Source: an uncultured Lentisphaerota bacterium
GTDB taxonomy: Bacteria; Verrucomicrobiota; Kiritimatiellia; RFP12; UBA1067
Length of the DNA stretch: 64,000 nucleotides
Direction: 5' to 3'
Assembly (NCBI GenBank): GCA_900320225.1
Contig: ONRL01000005.1
Span: 32,926 to 96,925, forward strand
The notes under the pieces were generated by a model. That model was given only the letters and a program-made list of their open reading frames with translations. It did not search any database and was not told the DNA's origin. The position numbers and the translations under genes were made by a program. Position 1 is the stretch's first letter, and each line of letters begins with the position of its first letter. Of this stretch, positions 39,252-49,568 are shown piece after piece.

Positions 39252-40817
39252 CTACGCCATCGCTTTGTAGATCGCATATCGTGCGTCATGGTTGAGGCCC
39301 GGCTGCGGACGGTACGTCGCACATGACGGCGCGCACATCCGTTCCTGCGCCTCGGCCACGTTTCCGTACAGCCCGGCCGCCACGGCGGCGTGCATGGCTG
39401 CGCCGAGCGCGCAGGCGTCGCCCGTGGAACACACCTCGAACGTCTTTCCCGTCACGTCGGCGAGCATCTGCATCACGAACGGCGACTTGCGCGGAATGCC
39501 GCCGATCGCCACGTGCCGCTCCGCCCGGATGCCGTTCCGTTCCAGATGTTCGACGACTGTCCTCACGCCGAAGGCCGTCGCCTCCACGACGGCGTAGTGG
39601 AGCCGCGCCGCGTCCGTTCCGAGCGTCAAGCCCCGGACCGTGGCCTTGGCGCCGGCGTCCTGGAAGGGCGAACGCCGTCCGTTGAACCAGTCCGTCGCCA
39701 CGGGAATCGAGTCGTCCAGCCGCAGTTCCGCCGCGCGCCGGTCCAGCTCGGCCTGCGGCGTCGAGACGAGCCGGCTCGTCCACGCGTAAGCGTCGCCGAA
39801 TGCGGACTGTCCCATCTCGATCCCCTCCAGGCCTTCGACGATGCCGTCCGGCACCTGCCCGAACACGCCCTCCACCTGCCGGTCGCCGAACGATGCGCGC
39901 GGCACCGCATACATGATGCATCCCGAGGTGCCGAGGATGAAGGCCGCCGTGCCGGCGTTACACCCGGCGCCGACCGCGCCGGAATGCGCGTCGATGTTCC
40001 CCACGCCCACTGCCACGTCCGCGCCGAGTCCCAGTTCTTCCGCCCACACCGGAGCGAGTGTGCCGGCGCGTGCGGTGGACGGCGCGAAGCGGCAGCCGGA
40101 CAGCGCGTCGCGCAGCGCCGCCAGCCGCGGACCGCCCAGCGCCGAGAAGAACGACGCAGGTGGCAGACCGTCCCACGCGGCGCTCCACAACTGCTTATAG
40201 GCCGCCGCGCACCGCGAGCGCGGCACGGGACCGCCTGCGAGCAGGGACGTCAGCCAGTCGCACGACTCCACCGTCCCCGCCGCCGCGTTTGCCACGGCGG
40301 GATTCGTCTGCAGAATGTGCCACACCTTCGCCCAGAAGTTTTCGGGGGAATACGTATCGCCGTTGTGACGGCAGTAGCGGGCGGGATCGGCGTTCGCGGC
40401 GTCGGCGATGCGGCGCGCCTCCTCTTCGCCCGTGTGGTCCTTCCAAAGGACGAACATCGCGTCGGGATCGTCGGCGAACTCCGGGCGCAGGGCGAGGGGA
40501 ACGCCGGTCGCGTCCGTCAGGCACGGCGTGGAGGCCGTTGCGTCCACGCTGATGCCTGCCACCGTCTCGCGGTGTGCGAAGCCGTCCAGCACGCCGTGCA
40601 GGATTGCGCGCAGTGCTTCCTGATGGTCGAGGGGATGCTGGCGGAAACGCGCCTCGGACGGCGCGCAGGCGAGGCCTTGCTTCCAGCGGGCGTATGCGCA
40701 GGAGCTGGAGGCGAGGATCTCGCCCGTTGCCGCGTCGACAAGGACGGCGCGGGCCGAGTCCGACCCGAAGTCCACGCCCACGACCGTCTTTCCATTAGCT
40801 TTGTCTGGTATTGTCAT
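39252..40817 (-). CDS. araB: Ribulokinase (FGGY family)
   Basis: GVDFGSDSARA, FRQHPLD, FVLWKDHT, DAHSGAVG, DWFNGRRSP and GGIPRKSPFVMQ. Confidence 0.88.
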   Translation of the reverse strand: MTIPDKANGKTVVGVDFGSDSARAVLVDAATGEILASSSCAYARWKQGLACAPSEARFRQHPLDHQEALRAILHGVLDGFAHRETVAGISVDATASTPCLTDATGVPLALRPEFADDPDAMFVLWKDHTGEEEARRIADAANADPARYCRHNGDTYSPENFWAKVWHILQTNPAVANAAAGTVESCDWLTSLLAGGPVPRSRCAAAYKQLWSAAWDGLPPASFFSALGGPRLAALRDALSGCRFAPSTARAGTLAPVWAEELGLGADVAVGVGNIDAHSGAVGAGCNAGTAAFILGTSGCIMYAVPRASFGDRQVEGVFGQVPDGIVEGLEGIEMGQSAFGDAYAWTSRLVSTPQAELDRRAAELRLDDSIPVATDWFNGRRSPFQDAGAKATVRGLTLGTDAARLHYAVVEATAFGVRTVVEHLERNGIRAERHVAIGGIPRKSPFVMQMLADVTGKTFEVCSTGDACALGAAMHAAVAAGLYGNVAEAQERMCAPSCATYRPQPGLNHDARYAIYKAMA

Positions 40818-42493
40818 TCTGCGCCCGCTCCCCTGAACTTGCCTGGGCGGCGGCAGATCATCGTGCGTTCGCCGCCGATTTCCGCGTCGAAGATGGTGGC
40901 GTTCGCTTTGCGATCGTACCAGACGACGAGTTTCACCTCGTATGCGCCGCTGACGCACCGGAGCCCGCCGATCTTGAAGTTTTCCGCTTGATGCGGTAGG
41001 CCGAACTTCGGTTCGGGCACGTCATCGGCGAATGACGCCTCGCGCTTGATCGGATCGACGGTCAGGACGAACGCCGGCCTGTTACCTTCGGCAACGAACT
41101 TACGCACAAGCCGCTCGCCCGCCTGCGCGCGGTAGATGACGGGCGGAACAGGCGGCTTGACCTCGGGCACCCACTTGAGACCGAGGTGACCGTCCGGATA
41201 GAACACGAGTTCGCGGAACACGAGCCAACCGCCCCAGCCTGCGAGGTGGCGCATCCAGCCGATGTAGAGCCGCCTGTCGCCTTTCCACGGCACGACCATG
41301 GGGACGCTCAGTCCGTCGTAGGCGATGTCCGGCTCGTTCGCCCAGTCGATGAAGGAACCCGGCGCGCCGTCGGGCGAATAGGCCATGTTTTTGAATCCCT
41401 GGAGAAGATAGCGGTGCCCATGCCAGTCGAAGAGCGAGGGGCAGTCGCCGCGGAACGGCAGCTTGTCGTCGGAGAGCTTCCAATCCGCGAGGTCGTTAGA
41501 CCAGAAGATGCCTTTCATCCCGCCGTAGCTGGTGACGAGCTCGAATCCGCCGCCGGGCGTGTTGTAGATGCTGGGGTTCTGCGCCTCGGTGACGATCTTC
41601 CCCGACTTGACGAAATGGATGCCGTCCTCCGACTCTGCGTACGTGCCGCCAATTGGATAGAGCGGATCTTTCGTAATGCGTTTCGTGTGGAGACCGTAGG
41701 AGAGGCACAGCCTGCCGTCCTTGACGAACGGCGTGCCGGTACCAAGTGTTTCCCACCATCTCTCGATCGGCACGGCGACGGGATGCTCCGTCCAGTGGAC
41801 GAGATCGTCCGATGAGACGTGCGCGTAATAGTGCCCGCCCGCCCCGCCTTTCGACGCATGGTGCCGTCTGTCGAAGAGGTAGAACACGTGCAGACGTCCC
41901 CCGTGCACGCCGGGTGAGACGTCACCTACCCAGGCGTTGTGGTCCGGCGGTGTCCAGTACTGGATGGGGATTTCCACCGGACGTGAGAATCTGACGCCGC
42001 TCGGCGCGCCGGCGAGAACCGAGACCTCGGCGGATTTCACCCGCTTGGAAAGGGCCTTTGGCGCGGAGAGATCCGCATCGACCGTCTGTACGCGGAACAT
42101 GTCGTCGTCGAGATGTCCCTCGACCTCGATCGTGAAGTGCGTTTTCGCGCAGAAGAGCCGCACGTCATGGACGCCGTCTTGCCGTTTCAGGAAGCCGAGC
42201 GGGATTCCTACGCGAAGGCCGTGCATCGTCGCCTCGATCACGGGACAGGAGCCGTCGGGCATCGGAAAGTTGAGATAGTTTCCGCACCGGCTGTCGTACT
42301 GTTCCAGCTCCTTTGTTCGCCCGGCCATGCGGAACGCCAGCCGGACGGGGCCGGTCTCATAGAGCGGCTCGTCGGTCGTCACGTCAGAGAAGTCAACCTG
42401 GCAGCAGATTGTGAAGTCGGCCGTCACGGCGGCCCCGGACGATGCAAGGGTTACGCAGATGAGGGCGAGGAAGGTGAATGTATGGCAAGTCAT
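40814..42493 (-). CDS. Secreted GH32-like beta-propeller protein with non-canonical catalytic motifs
   Basis: WVGDVSP, HVSSDDLVHW, GTG, AQNPS and GDCPSLF. Confidence 0.7.
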   Translation of the reverse strand: MTCHTFTFLALICVTLASSGAAVTADFTICCQVDFSDVTTDEPLYETGPVRLAFRMAGRTKELEQYDSRCGNYLNFPMPDGSCPVIEATMHGLRVGIPLGFLKRQDGVHDVRLFCAKTHFTIEVEGHLDDDMFRVQTVDADLSAPKALSKRVKSAEVSVLAGAPSGVRFSRPVEIPIQYWTPPDHNAWVGDVSPGVHGGRLHVFYLFDRRHHASKGGAGGHYYAHVSSDDLVHWTEHPVAVPIERWWETLGTGTPFVKDGRLCLSYGLHTKRITKDPLYPIGGTYAESEDGIHFVKSGKIVTEAQNPSIYNTPGGGFELVTSYGGMKGIFWSNDLADWKLSDDKLPFRGDCPSLFDWHGHRYLLQGFKNMAYSPDGAPGSFIDWANEPDIAYDGLSVPMVVPWKGDRRLYIGWMRHLAGWGGWLVFRELVFYPDGHLGLKWVPEVKPPVPPVIYRAQAGERLVRKFVAEGNRPAFVLTVDPIKREASFADDVPEPKFGLPHQAENFKIGGLRCVSGAYEVKLVVWYDRKANATIFDAEIGGERTMICRRPGKFRGAGAE

Positions 42494-42661
42494 GGCGGTG
42501 GAATTTTACCACATTTGCAGGTGTTGTGGCTTGCCGTCCGCAAAAAGTTGGCATGCGCCCTTCGCATGTGATTTCTGGGGGCTTTACGCCATCGCGATAT
42601 TATGTTATCATCTTCTCCAATGAAGCCGATTGTCTTTTTAGGCCGGAAAGGTCTTTCACGA

Positions 42662-44332
42662 ATGAAGAAAAAAGTTATCCATGTGTCAGTGGTAATCTGT
42701 TGTGCGGCTGTTGCCTCGGCGACCGGCGCGGTGACGGTGACGCCGACGGGACGCTACATGGCCGTGCCGGTGGAGAACGGCGCGCCGAAGGTCATGTTGG
42801 AGGTGTTCGACGGCGGGAAGCGCATTGCGTATGACCAGGTGGAGTGGGCGCGCGGCACGACGAACTGGACCGGCTCGCTCGATCTGGGCGCTGCGAAAGG
42901 ACGCCCGTTCGAGTTCCGCTTCTCGGGGAAGGACGCGCCCAACCTTTCCGCAGCGGACCTCGCGTTCTCGGACTCGCGCTACCCCGCGCCGAAGGGACAG
43001 TACGGCGAGCCGTGGCGTCCGCAGTTCCACTTCACGCCGCCGCTCGGCTGGAACAACGACCCGAACGGGCTTTCCTGCCGCAACGGCGAATGGCACATGT
43101 TCTACCAGCACAACCCGTTCGGCATCACGTGGGGCAACATGCACTGGGGCCATGCCGTGTCGAAGGACCTGGTGCACTGGAACGACCAGGGCGACGTGAT
43201 CGCGCCGGACGACGCGGGGCCGATGTTCTCCGGCAGCGCCGTGACGGACGCGGCGGACACGGCCGGCTTCGGCAAGGGCGCGCACGTGCTGGTCTACACG
43301 GCGGCCGGCAAGCCGCACACCCAGCGCGTCGCCTGGTCGCTCGACGGACGGAACTACGCGAAGTGGCCGCACGCCGCCGTGGAGGGGCGTCCCGACGCCA
43401 ACCGCGACCCGAAGGTGGGCTGGTACGCGCCCGGGAAGCATTGGACGATGGTCGTCTACGGCGAGGTGGAGAAGAAACGCCATGGTGTCTCGATCTTCAT
43501 CTCGAAGGACCTGAAGACGTGGGAAAAGGCGAGCCATGTGAAGGGAGATCTCTTCGACGAGGGCAAGTACCTCTACGAATGCCCCGACTTCTTCGAGTTG
43601 CCGATTGAGGGCGAGAAGGGGACGCGTTGGGTCCTGACCGCGGCGAACCGCCAGTACGCGATCGGCACGTTCGACGGCCGGACGTTCACGCCGGAGGTCG
43701 AGCGCCTCGCGCAGTGGCGTTCTCCGGGCAACGTCAATCCCGTCTACGCCGCGCAGACGTTTGCCGACGTTCCCGACGGCCGCCGCATCCAGGTGGCCTG
43801 GAGCCACTTCGACACGCGCGCCGGCGGGCGCGCGGACGCGATGTTCAACCAGGGGATGTCCCTTCCGATGGAACTGAAGCTCGTGCGCGCGGCGGACGGT
43901 CTGCGGTTGGCGCGCTTCCCCGTGAAGGAGCTCGAATCGTTGCGCGCCGGCGCGCCGACGCCCCTGGCGGGCTTCAACGGCGAGTTGGCGGAAGTGGAGT
44001 TTTCGTGCGAGCCGGTTGCCGACGCGGTCGTGGCGCTTGACGTGCGCGGCGTCGCCATCGTGTACGACGCGGTGAAGAGGACGTTGGCGTTGAACGGGAA
44101 GGCAGTGGCCTGGGACCTGGACGCGCGCGGGCGGCTGGGATTGCGCGTGTTCGTCGACAGGGTGGGCGTCGAGATATTCTCCCTGGACGGCCTCCAATAC
44201 GTTCCGGCTCCTGACATCGTGCCGGATCCGGCGAAGAGGAAGATCTCCTGGCGGGCGTCCGGCGCGAAGAAGCCCGTGCACGGCGTGACGGAGCGCGCCT
44301 GGCGCCTCATGAGCATCTTCGCGGATCGCTAA
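42662..44332 (+). CDS. GH32 levanase/inulinase-type beta-fructofuranosidase
   Basis: WNNDPNG, WGHAVSKDL, FSGSAV, RDPKV, ECPD and YAAQTF, with a signal peptide. Confidence 0.93.
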   Translation: MKKKVIHVSVVICCAAVASATGAVTVTPTGRYMAVPVENGAPKVMLEVFDGGKRIAYDQVEWARGTTNWTGSLDLGAAKGRPFEFRFSGKDAPNLSAADLAFSDSRYPAPKGQYGEPWRPQFHFTPPLGWNNDPNGLSCRNGEWHMFYQHNPFGITWGNMHWGHAVSKDLVHWNDQGDVIAPDDAGPMFSGSAVTDAADTAGFGKGAHVLVYTAAGKPHTQRVAWSLDGRNYAKWPHAAVEGRPDANRDPKVGWYAPGKHWTMVVYGEVEKKRHGVSIFISKDLKTWEKASHVKGDLFDEGKYLYECPDFFELPIEGEKGTRWVLTAANRQYAIGTFDGRTFTPEVERLAQWRSPGNVNPVYAAQTFADVPDGRRIQVAWSHFDTRAGGRADAMFNQGMSLPMELKLVRAADGLRLARFPVKELESLRAGAPTPLAGFNGELAEVEFSCEPVADAVVALDVRGVAIVYDAVKRTLALNGKAVAWDLDARGRLGLRVFVDRVGVEIFSLDGLQYVPAPDIVPDPAKRKISWRASGAKKPVHGVTERAWRLMSIFADR

Positions 44333-44384
44333 AACGAAATGGGGGCATTGCCGAACGGAGGCGGGTTTTGGTATAATGCGCGGC

Positions 44385-45821
44385 ATGAAAAACTCTAAAA
44401 AGCGTTCGCTTCTCTATGTCGTTATCGTCGCCGCCATCGGCGGCTTCCTCTTCGGCTTTGACTCCGGGGTGATTTCCGGGTGCGAACAGGCCATCCAGAC
44501 GGAGTTCGGCCTAACCGGGTTCTGGCACGGGCTGATCGTGTCGGGAGCCTTGATTGGCACGGTGATCGGCGTGTTCACGGCGGGCGCGCCGTCGGACCGG
44601 TGGGGCCGCAAGAAGACGCTCTGGCTGATGGGTACGCTCTTCCTCGTTTCGGCTGTCGGATGCGCCTTCACCGTCACGAGCAAGGCGGTGGGCCCGCACA
44701 TGCTCGGCTGGTTCCGCTTCATCGGCGGGCTCGCGATCGGCGGCGTAAGCGTGGTGGTGCCGCTCTACATCGTGGAGGTGTCGCCCGGGCCGCTGCGCGG
44801 GCGTCTTGTGGCCACGAATCAGCTCAACATCGTGTTCGGCATCCTGATCAGCTACGTGTCGAACTACTTCGTCGCACGCTGGATGGCGGTGGACGGCGGC
44901 TGGTTCCACGGATTCTGCCAGTGGCTCGCGGGCGTGTTCGCGTCGAATCCGATGACGACGGAGATGGTCAAGTGGCGCGTGATGCTTGGCATGGAGTGCC
45001 TGCCGATCTTCCTCTTCATGGCTCTTCTCGTGACGATTCCCGAGTCCCCGCGCTGGCTCGTGCGCGTGGGGCGGAAGGAGGATGCGCGCGACGTACTCGA
45101 CTCGATCGGCTACCCCGAGGTGGACAAGACGGTCGGCGAGATCGAGGTGTCCCTGCGCGAGGCGCAGGGCGGCGTGTCCGTGCCGCTCTTCCAGCGCAAG
45201 TACCTCAAGCCGATCCTGCTCGCGTTCTTCATCGCGTTCTTCAACCAGGTCTCGGGCATCAACGCGATCAACTACTACGCGCCGCGCATCTTCGACATGA
45301 TCTTCGGCGCGGGCAGCGAGATGGCCTCGCTCGCCGGCACGATGGGCGTGGGCACGGTGAACCTCTTCTTCACGATCCTCGCGTTCTTCATCATCGACAA
45401 GTTCGGCCGGCGCGTGATGATCATCGGCGGCGCGTCCCTGATGATCCTCATGCATTCGCTCGTGGCGTGGCAGCTCTCGCTCGGCGACAAGTGCAACGCC
45501 ACGCTCGCGGTGGTGGGCATCCTCGGATTCATCGCGTTCTTCGCGTGCAGCTCCGGCGCGGTGATCTGGGTGTACATCAGCGAGGTGTTCCCGAACGCCG
45601 TGCGCGCGAAGGGGCAGGCGCTCGGCTGCTTCACGCACTGGTTCATGTGCACGATCATCTCGTGGGCCTTCCCCGTGGTGGCGGAGAAGGCCGGCACGTG
45701 GGCGTTTGGTTTCTTCGCGTTCATGATGCTCGTGCAGGTGCTGTGGGCCGTGTTCTTCATGCCCGAGACGAAGGGCGGTACCACCGAGGACATCGAGGCC
45801 CGCCTCGGCATCGGGGCGTGA
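44385..45821 (+). CDS. Sugar porter family MFS transporter
   Basis: GGFLFGFDSG, DRWGRK, PESPRWL, QVSGIN..YY and PETKG. Confidence 0.95.
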   Translation: MKNSKKRSLLYVVIVAAIGGFLFGFDSGVISGCEQAIQTEFGLTGFWHGLIVSGALIGTVIGVFTAGAPSDRWGRKKTLWLMGTLFLVSAVGCAFTVTSKAVGPHMLGWFRFIGGLAIGGVSVVVPLYIVEVSPGPLRGRLVATNQLNIVFGILISYVSNYFVARWMAVDGGWFHGFCQWLAGVFASNPMTTEMVKWRVMLGMECLPIFLFMALLVTIPESPRWLVRVGRKEDARDVLDSIGYPEVDKTVGEIEVSLREAQGGVSVPLFQRKYLKPILLAFFIAFFNQVSGINAINYYAPRIFDMIFGAGSEMASLAGTMGVGTVNLFFTILAFFIIDKFGRRVMIIGGASLMILMHSLVAWQLSLGDKCNATLAVVGILGFIAFFACSSGAVIWVYISEVFPNAVRAKGQALGCFTHWFMCTIISWAFPVVAEKAGTWAFGFFAFMMLVQVLWAVFFMPETKGGTTEDIEARLGIGA

Positions 45822-45827
45822 CGGAAA

Positions 45828-48800
45828 ATGGAAAAGGACATGAACGAGACGAATCCGGAACCGCAGGCCATGCCGGCGCGCGTCGTGCGCTGGACGCAGA
45901 AGCTGCTCGACCTCTCCCTGCGCAACCGCATGCTGAACGTCCGCGACGTGAAGCAGGTGCTGCCGCTCGTCTGCCGCGATATCGCCCGGCTCGAGGACCA
46001 GCTCGTGTCCAAAGAGAAGGTGTCCATCGCCTTCGGCGACCCGACGGAGAATTTCCTTGTCTCGGGCTGCACGCCCGAGGAGACGAAGCGCCGCCTCACG
46101 GTCCTGTCCCGCGTGGCAAAGTCCGACCTGGAGGAAAGCGGCGTCAACACGCTCTTCCTCGCGATCGGCTTCCTCCGCTGGAAGGTGTCGCCCACGGACG
46201 AGAAGACGTACCGCGCACCGCTCCTGCTCATGCCCGCGAAACTCGTGCGGGAGGGCGTCTCGAACTTGCGCCTTCTGCGGCGCGACGAGGAGACCATCGT
46301 CAACGCGACGCTCCTCGAGCTTCTCCGCAGCCAGTACCGCGTGACGGTTCCGGACGTCGATCCGCCGCCGCAGGACGAACACGGCGTCGACGTGCCGAAG
46401 GTGCTCGAGTCGTTCCGCGCGGCCGTGAAGGACCTGCCCGGCTGGGAGGTCGTGCGCGAGCTCGCGCTCGGCCAGTTCTCCTTTGGCAAGTTCGTGATGT
46501 GGAAGGACCTCACGAGCCGCCTCGACGCGCTGCGCCACCACCCCCTCGTGGACCATCTCGTGCGCGGCGGCGGCTTGTTCAACGACGGGGTCGAGGTGTT
46601 CCCGCCGGAGGACATCGCGAAGAACATCAAGCCCGCGGAGCTGTTCTGTCCGCTCAGCGCCGACTCCTCGCAGCTCGCGGCGGTGCTCTACTCCCAGCTC
46701 GGCAAGACGTTCGTGCTGCACGGACCGCCCGGCACGGGCAAGAGCCAGACGATCTCGAACCTCATCGCGCACAACCTCGCGCACGGGCGGCGCGTCCTCT
46801 TCGTCTCCGAGAAGAAGGCCGCCCTCGACGTGGTGCACAACCGTCTCGCGAAGATCGGTCTCAAGCCGTTCTGCCTCGAGCTGCACTCCAACAAGTCCGG
46901 GAAGGCGGAGGTGCTCGCGCAGTTCGCCGAGGCGCTGGCCGTGCCGGACTGCCGCGGGCCGCAGGACTGGACGCTTAACGCGGGCCAGCTGGACGCCGCG
47001 CGCGGGGAGCTGGACGACTACGTGCGCGCGCTGCACCACGTGTACCCGAACGGCCTCTCCGCCTACGACTGCTTCGCGCACGCGATTGCCGAAGGCGGCC
47101 TGCCGGAGGGCGCCCGCCTGACAATCAGGACGCTTGAACAGGGGCGGGAGGCGCGCGAGGAAGCGCGCCAGTGCGCCGTGAGGCTTGCGAACGACTGGGC
47201 GGCGACGTCGCCCGACGTCGTCGAGGCGCTCGCCCCTGCGAAGCTCGCGGACTGGTCGCCGGTCTACGAACGGAATTTCCGCGCGGCGGCGCAGGATCTC
47301 GCCGCGTCGGCGCGCAAGGGTTTCTTCGGCCGGCTGATGGGCGCGTTCCGCAACCGCGCGTACGTCTCGTTCGGCGCGGCGTGGAAGCTGAGACCGGAGG
47401 CGGCGGACGCGATGGTGGAGGCGTCGGATGGCCTGCGCGGCGCGCTCGGCTACCGCGCGACGCGGGAGAACGCCGTGCGGCGCGGCCTCGCGCCGCTCGT
47501 GCGCGCGCTCGAGGCCGAGGGCTTCGACGGCGAGGAGTCCGCGCGCCGCTTCGACGCCGCGTACGCGGCGAAGATGGTGGACGACGTCGTGGGCACGCAG
47601 CCGGCCCTTGCGCGCTTCAACGGCATTTCTCAGGAGGAGCGCGTGATGCGCTTCCGCGCGCTCGACGAGAAGTCGCGCGAGGAGGCGAAGGGCGAGGTGT
47701 TCGCACGGCTCGCCGCGCGCCTGCCGCGCCGGCGCGCGGAGGACTGCCCCGCCGCGAGCGAACTCGGCATCCTCCGCCGCGAGTGCGAGAAGAAGGCGCG
47801 GCACAAGCCCGTGCGCCAGCTGCTCGCGGATACGCCGTCGCTCACCGCCGTCCTCAAGCCGTGCTTCCTCATGAGCCCGCTCTCCGTGGCGCAGTACCTG
47901 CCGCCGGACGCGGCGCCGTTCGACCTCGTCGTGTTCGACGAGGCCTCGCAGATCCCGGTGTGGGACGCGATCGGCGTGATCGCGCGTGCGAAGCAGCTCG
48001 TCGTGGTGGGCGATCCGAAGCAGATGCCGCCCACGAACTTCTTCCAGAAAGGCGAGAGCGACGCTGACGCCGAGGACGAGGACGTGCCGGAGGACCTGGA
48101 GTCCATCCTCGACGAGTGCCTTGCCGCGGGCGTCTACTCCGCGCACCTCAACTGGCACTACCGCAGCCGCCACGAGTCGCTGATCTCCTTTAGCAACCAC
48201 AACTACTACGACGACCGCCTCAACACCTTCCCGTGCGCGCGCACGACGCCGCGCCTCGGCGTGCGGTTCGAGTTCGTGGAGGGAGGCGTGTATGACCGCC
48301 GCGCCACGCGCACGAACGAAAAGGAGGCGCGCGCCCTCGTGGACTACATCTTCGCGAAGGCGAAGGAGCCCGGCTACACGCCGCGCTCCATCGGCGTGGT
48401 GACGTTCAGCCAGGCGCAGCAGGAGCTCATCGAGGACCTCGTGGACGCGCGCCGGGAAAGCGACCCGTCGCTCGAGGCGCTGTTCGCCGAAGACGCGCCG
48501 GAGCCGTTCTTCGTGAAGAACCTCGAGAACGTGCAGGGCGACGAGCGCGACGTGATCCTCTTCAGCGTGGGCTACGCGCCCGACGCGGACGGCAAGTTCG
48601 CGATGAACTTCGGTCCGCTCAACCGCGACGGCGGCGAGCGCCGCCTCAACGTGGCCGTGACGCGCTCGAAGGAGCAGGTGGTCGTGTTCTCGAGCATCCA
48701 CGGCTCGCAGATCGACCTCTCCCGCACCTCCGCCACGGGCGCCGCGCACCTGCGCAGCTTCCTCGACTACGCCGAGAAGCAGGGAGGGACGCGCTCCTGC

Positions 48801-49463
48801 GCGACCGCCGATCCGGGAGGGACGCGCTCCTGCGCGTCCGCCTTCCCCGCCACCGTCGCCGCGTTCCTGCGCGAACACGGCTGGGAGGTCGACGAGCAGG
48901 TGGGCGCGAGCGCTTTCCGCATCGATCTCGGCGTGCGGCGTCATGACGGCGAGGGGTATCTGCTCGCGATCGAGTGCGACGGCCCCGCGTACGCGTCGCA
49001 GCGCACGGTGCGCGACCGCGACGAATTGCGCGCCTCGGTGCTGAAGGGCCTTGGCTGGTACGTGACGCGCATCTGGAGCGTGGACTGGGCGCTTGACCGC
49101 AAGCGTGCGGAGGAGACGCTGCTCGGCCTCCTCGACGCCCTCGAGACGAGCGCCCCGGGAGGGGCGCAGCTTGCTGCGACCGTACCCCCGGGAGGATTGC
49201 GCTCTCGTGCGACCGCCTCCTCCAACCTTCCCCCCGGCGTCATCGCCGTGCGCCCCTCCGCCGCCCGCTCCAAGCCGCCGCCGAAACGCGCGATCGACAC
49301 GATTTCCTCCGACGAGCTGGTGCAGGCGATGCGCGACGTGGAGGCGGATTTCGGCGCGTGCGAGCGCGACGCGCTCTACCGCGAGACGCTCAAGCGCTTC
49401 GGCCTCACCGTGCTCACGCCAAAGGCCCGCACGCACCTTGATGCGGCCTTTCGCCGGAAGTGA
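45828..49463 (+). CDS. DUF4011-SF1 helicase-Vsr-like nuclease protein (Hhe-like)
   Basis: LLDLSLRNRML, GPPGTGKSQT, FDEASQ, VGDPKQMPP, WHYRS, VQGDERD, RRLNVAVTR, RIDLGV..IECDG and RIWSVDW. Confidence 0.85.
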   Translation: MEKDMNETNPEPQAMPARVVRWTQKLLDLSLRNRMLNVRDVKQVLPLVCRDIARLEDQLVSKEKVSIAFGDPTENFLVSGCTPEETKRRLTVLSRVAKSDLEESGVNTLFLAIGFLRWKVSPTDEKTYRAPLLLMPAKLVREGVSNLRLLRRDEETIVNATLLELLRSQYRVTVPDVDPPPQDEHGVDVPKVLESFRAAVKDLPGWEVVRELALGQFSFGKFVMWKDLTSRLDALRHHPLVDHLVRGGGLFNDGVEVFPPEDIAKNIKPAELFCPLSADSSQLAAVLYSQLGKTFVLHGPPGTGKSQTISNLIAHNLAHGRRVLFVSEKKAALDVVHNRLAKIGLKPFCLELHSNKSGKAEVLAQFAEALAVPDCRGPQDWTLNAGQLDAARGELDDYVRALHHVYPNGLSAYDCFAHAIAEGGLPEGARLTIRTLEQGREAREEARQCAVRLANDWAATSPDVVEALAPAKLADWSPVYERNFRAAAQDLAASARKGFFGRLMGAFRNRAYVSFGAAWKLRPEAADAMVEASDGLRGALGYRATRENAVRRGLAPLVRALEAEGFDGEESARRFDAAYAAKMVDDVVGTQPALARFNGISQEERVMRFRALDEKSREEAKGEVFARLAARLPRRRAEDCPAASELGILRRECEKKARHKPVRQLLADTPSLTAVLKPCFLMSPLSVAQYLPPDAAPFDLVVFDEASQIPVWDAIGVIARAKQLVVVGDPKQMPPTNFFQKGESDADAEDEDVPEDLESILDECLAAGVYSAHLNWHYRSRHESLISFSNHNYYDDRLNTFPCARTTPRLGVRFEFVEGGVYDRRATRTNEKEARALVDYIFAKAKEPGYTPRSIGVVTFSQAQQELIEDLVDARRESDPSLEALFAEDAPEPFFVKNLENVQGDERDVILFSVGYAPDADGKFAMNFGPLNRDGGERRLNVAVTRSKEQVVVFSSIHGSQIDLSRTSATGAAHLRSFLDYAEKQGGTRSCATADPGGTRSCASAFPATVAAFLREHGWEVDEQVGASAFRIDLGVRRHDGEGYLLAIECDGPAYASQRTVRDRDELRASVLKGLGWYVTRIWSVDWALDRKRAEETLLGLLDALETSAPGGAQLAATVPPGGLRSRATASSNLPPGVIAVRPSAARSKPPPKRAIDTISSDELVQAMRDVEADFGACERDALYRETLKRFGLTVLTPKARTHLDAAFRRK
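48783..48839 (+). repeat. Two GGAG-footed REP-like palindromes (33-bp period) in the helicase-nuclease linker
   Basis: GGAG-GGACGCG-CTCCTG-CGCG(A/T)CC twice, encoding GGTRSCA twice. Confidence 0.85.
49158..49214 (+). repeat. Two divergent GGAG-footed palindromes (33-bp period) after the nuclease domain
   Basis: GGAG-GGGCGCAGC-TT-GCTGCGACC and GGAG-GATTGCGCTCTCGTGCGACC. Confidence 0.7.
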
Positions 49464-49568
49464 TTCTGCAATGAACGTGAAATTCGCGTTGCGTTAGGCG
49501 GCTGGGTTCGGTATACTAGGCGACATCCATTTAACCACTCAAGAATCAATAAAAAGGAGTCAAAGAAA

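Noticed and set aside
44511-49436. Very long antisense ORFs (1641 aa here, also 1904-4597, 55369-58380 and 58912-61134)
   Set aside because: They are shadows of well-supported GC3-rich genes on the opposite strand and have no recognisable motifs.
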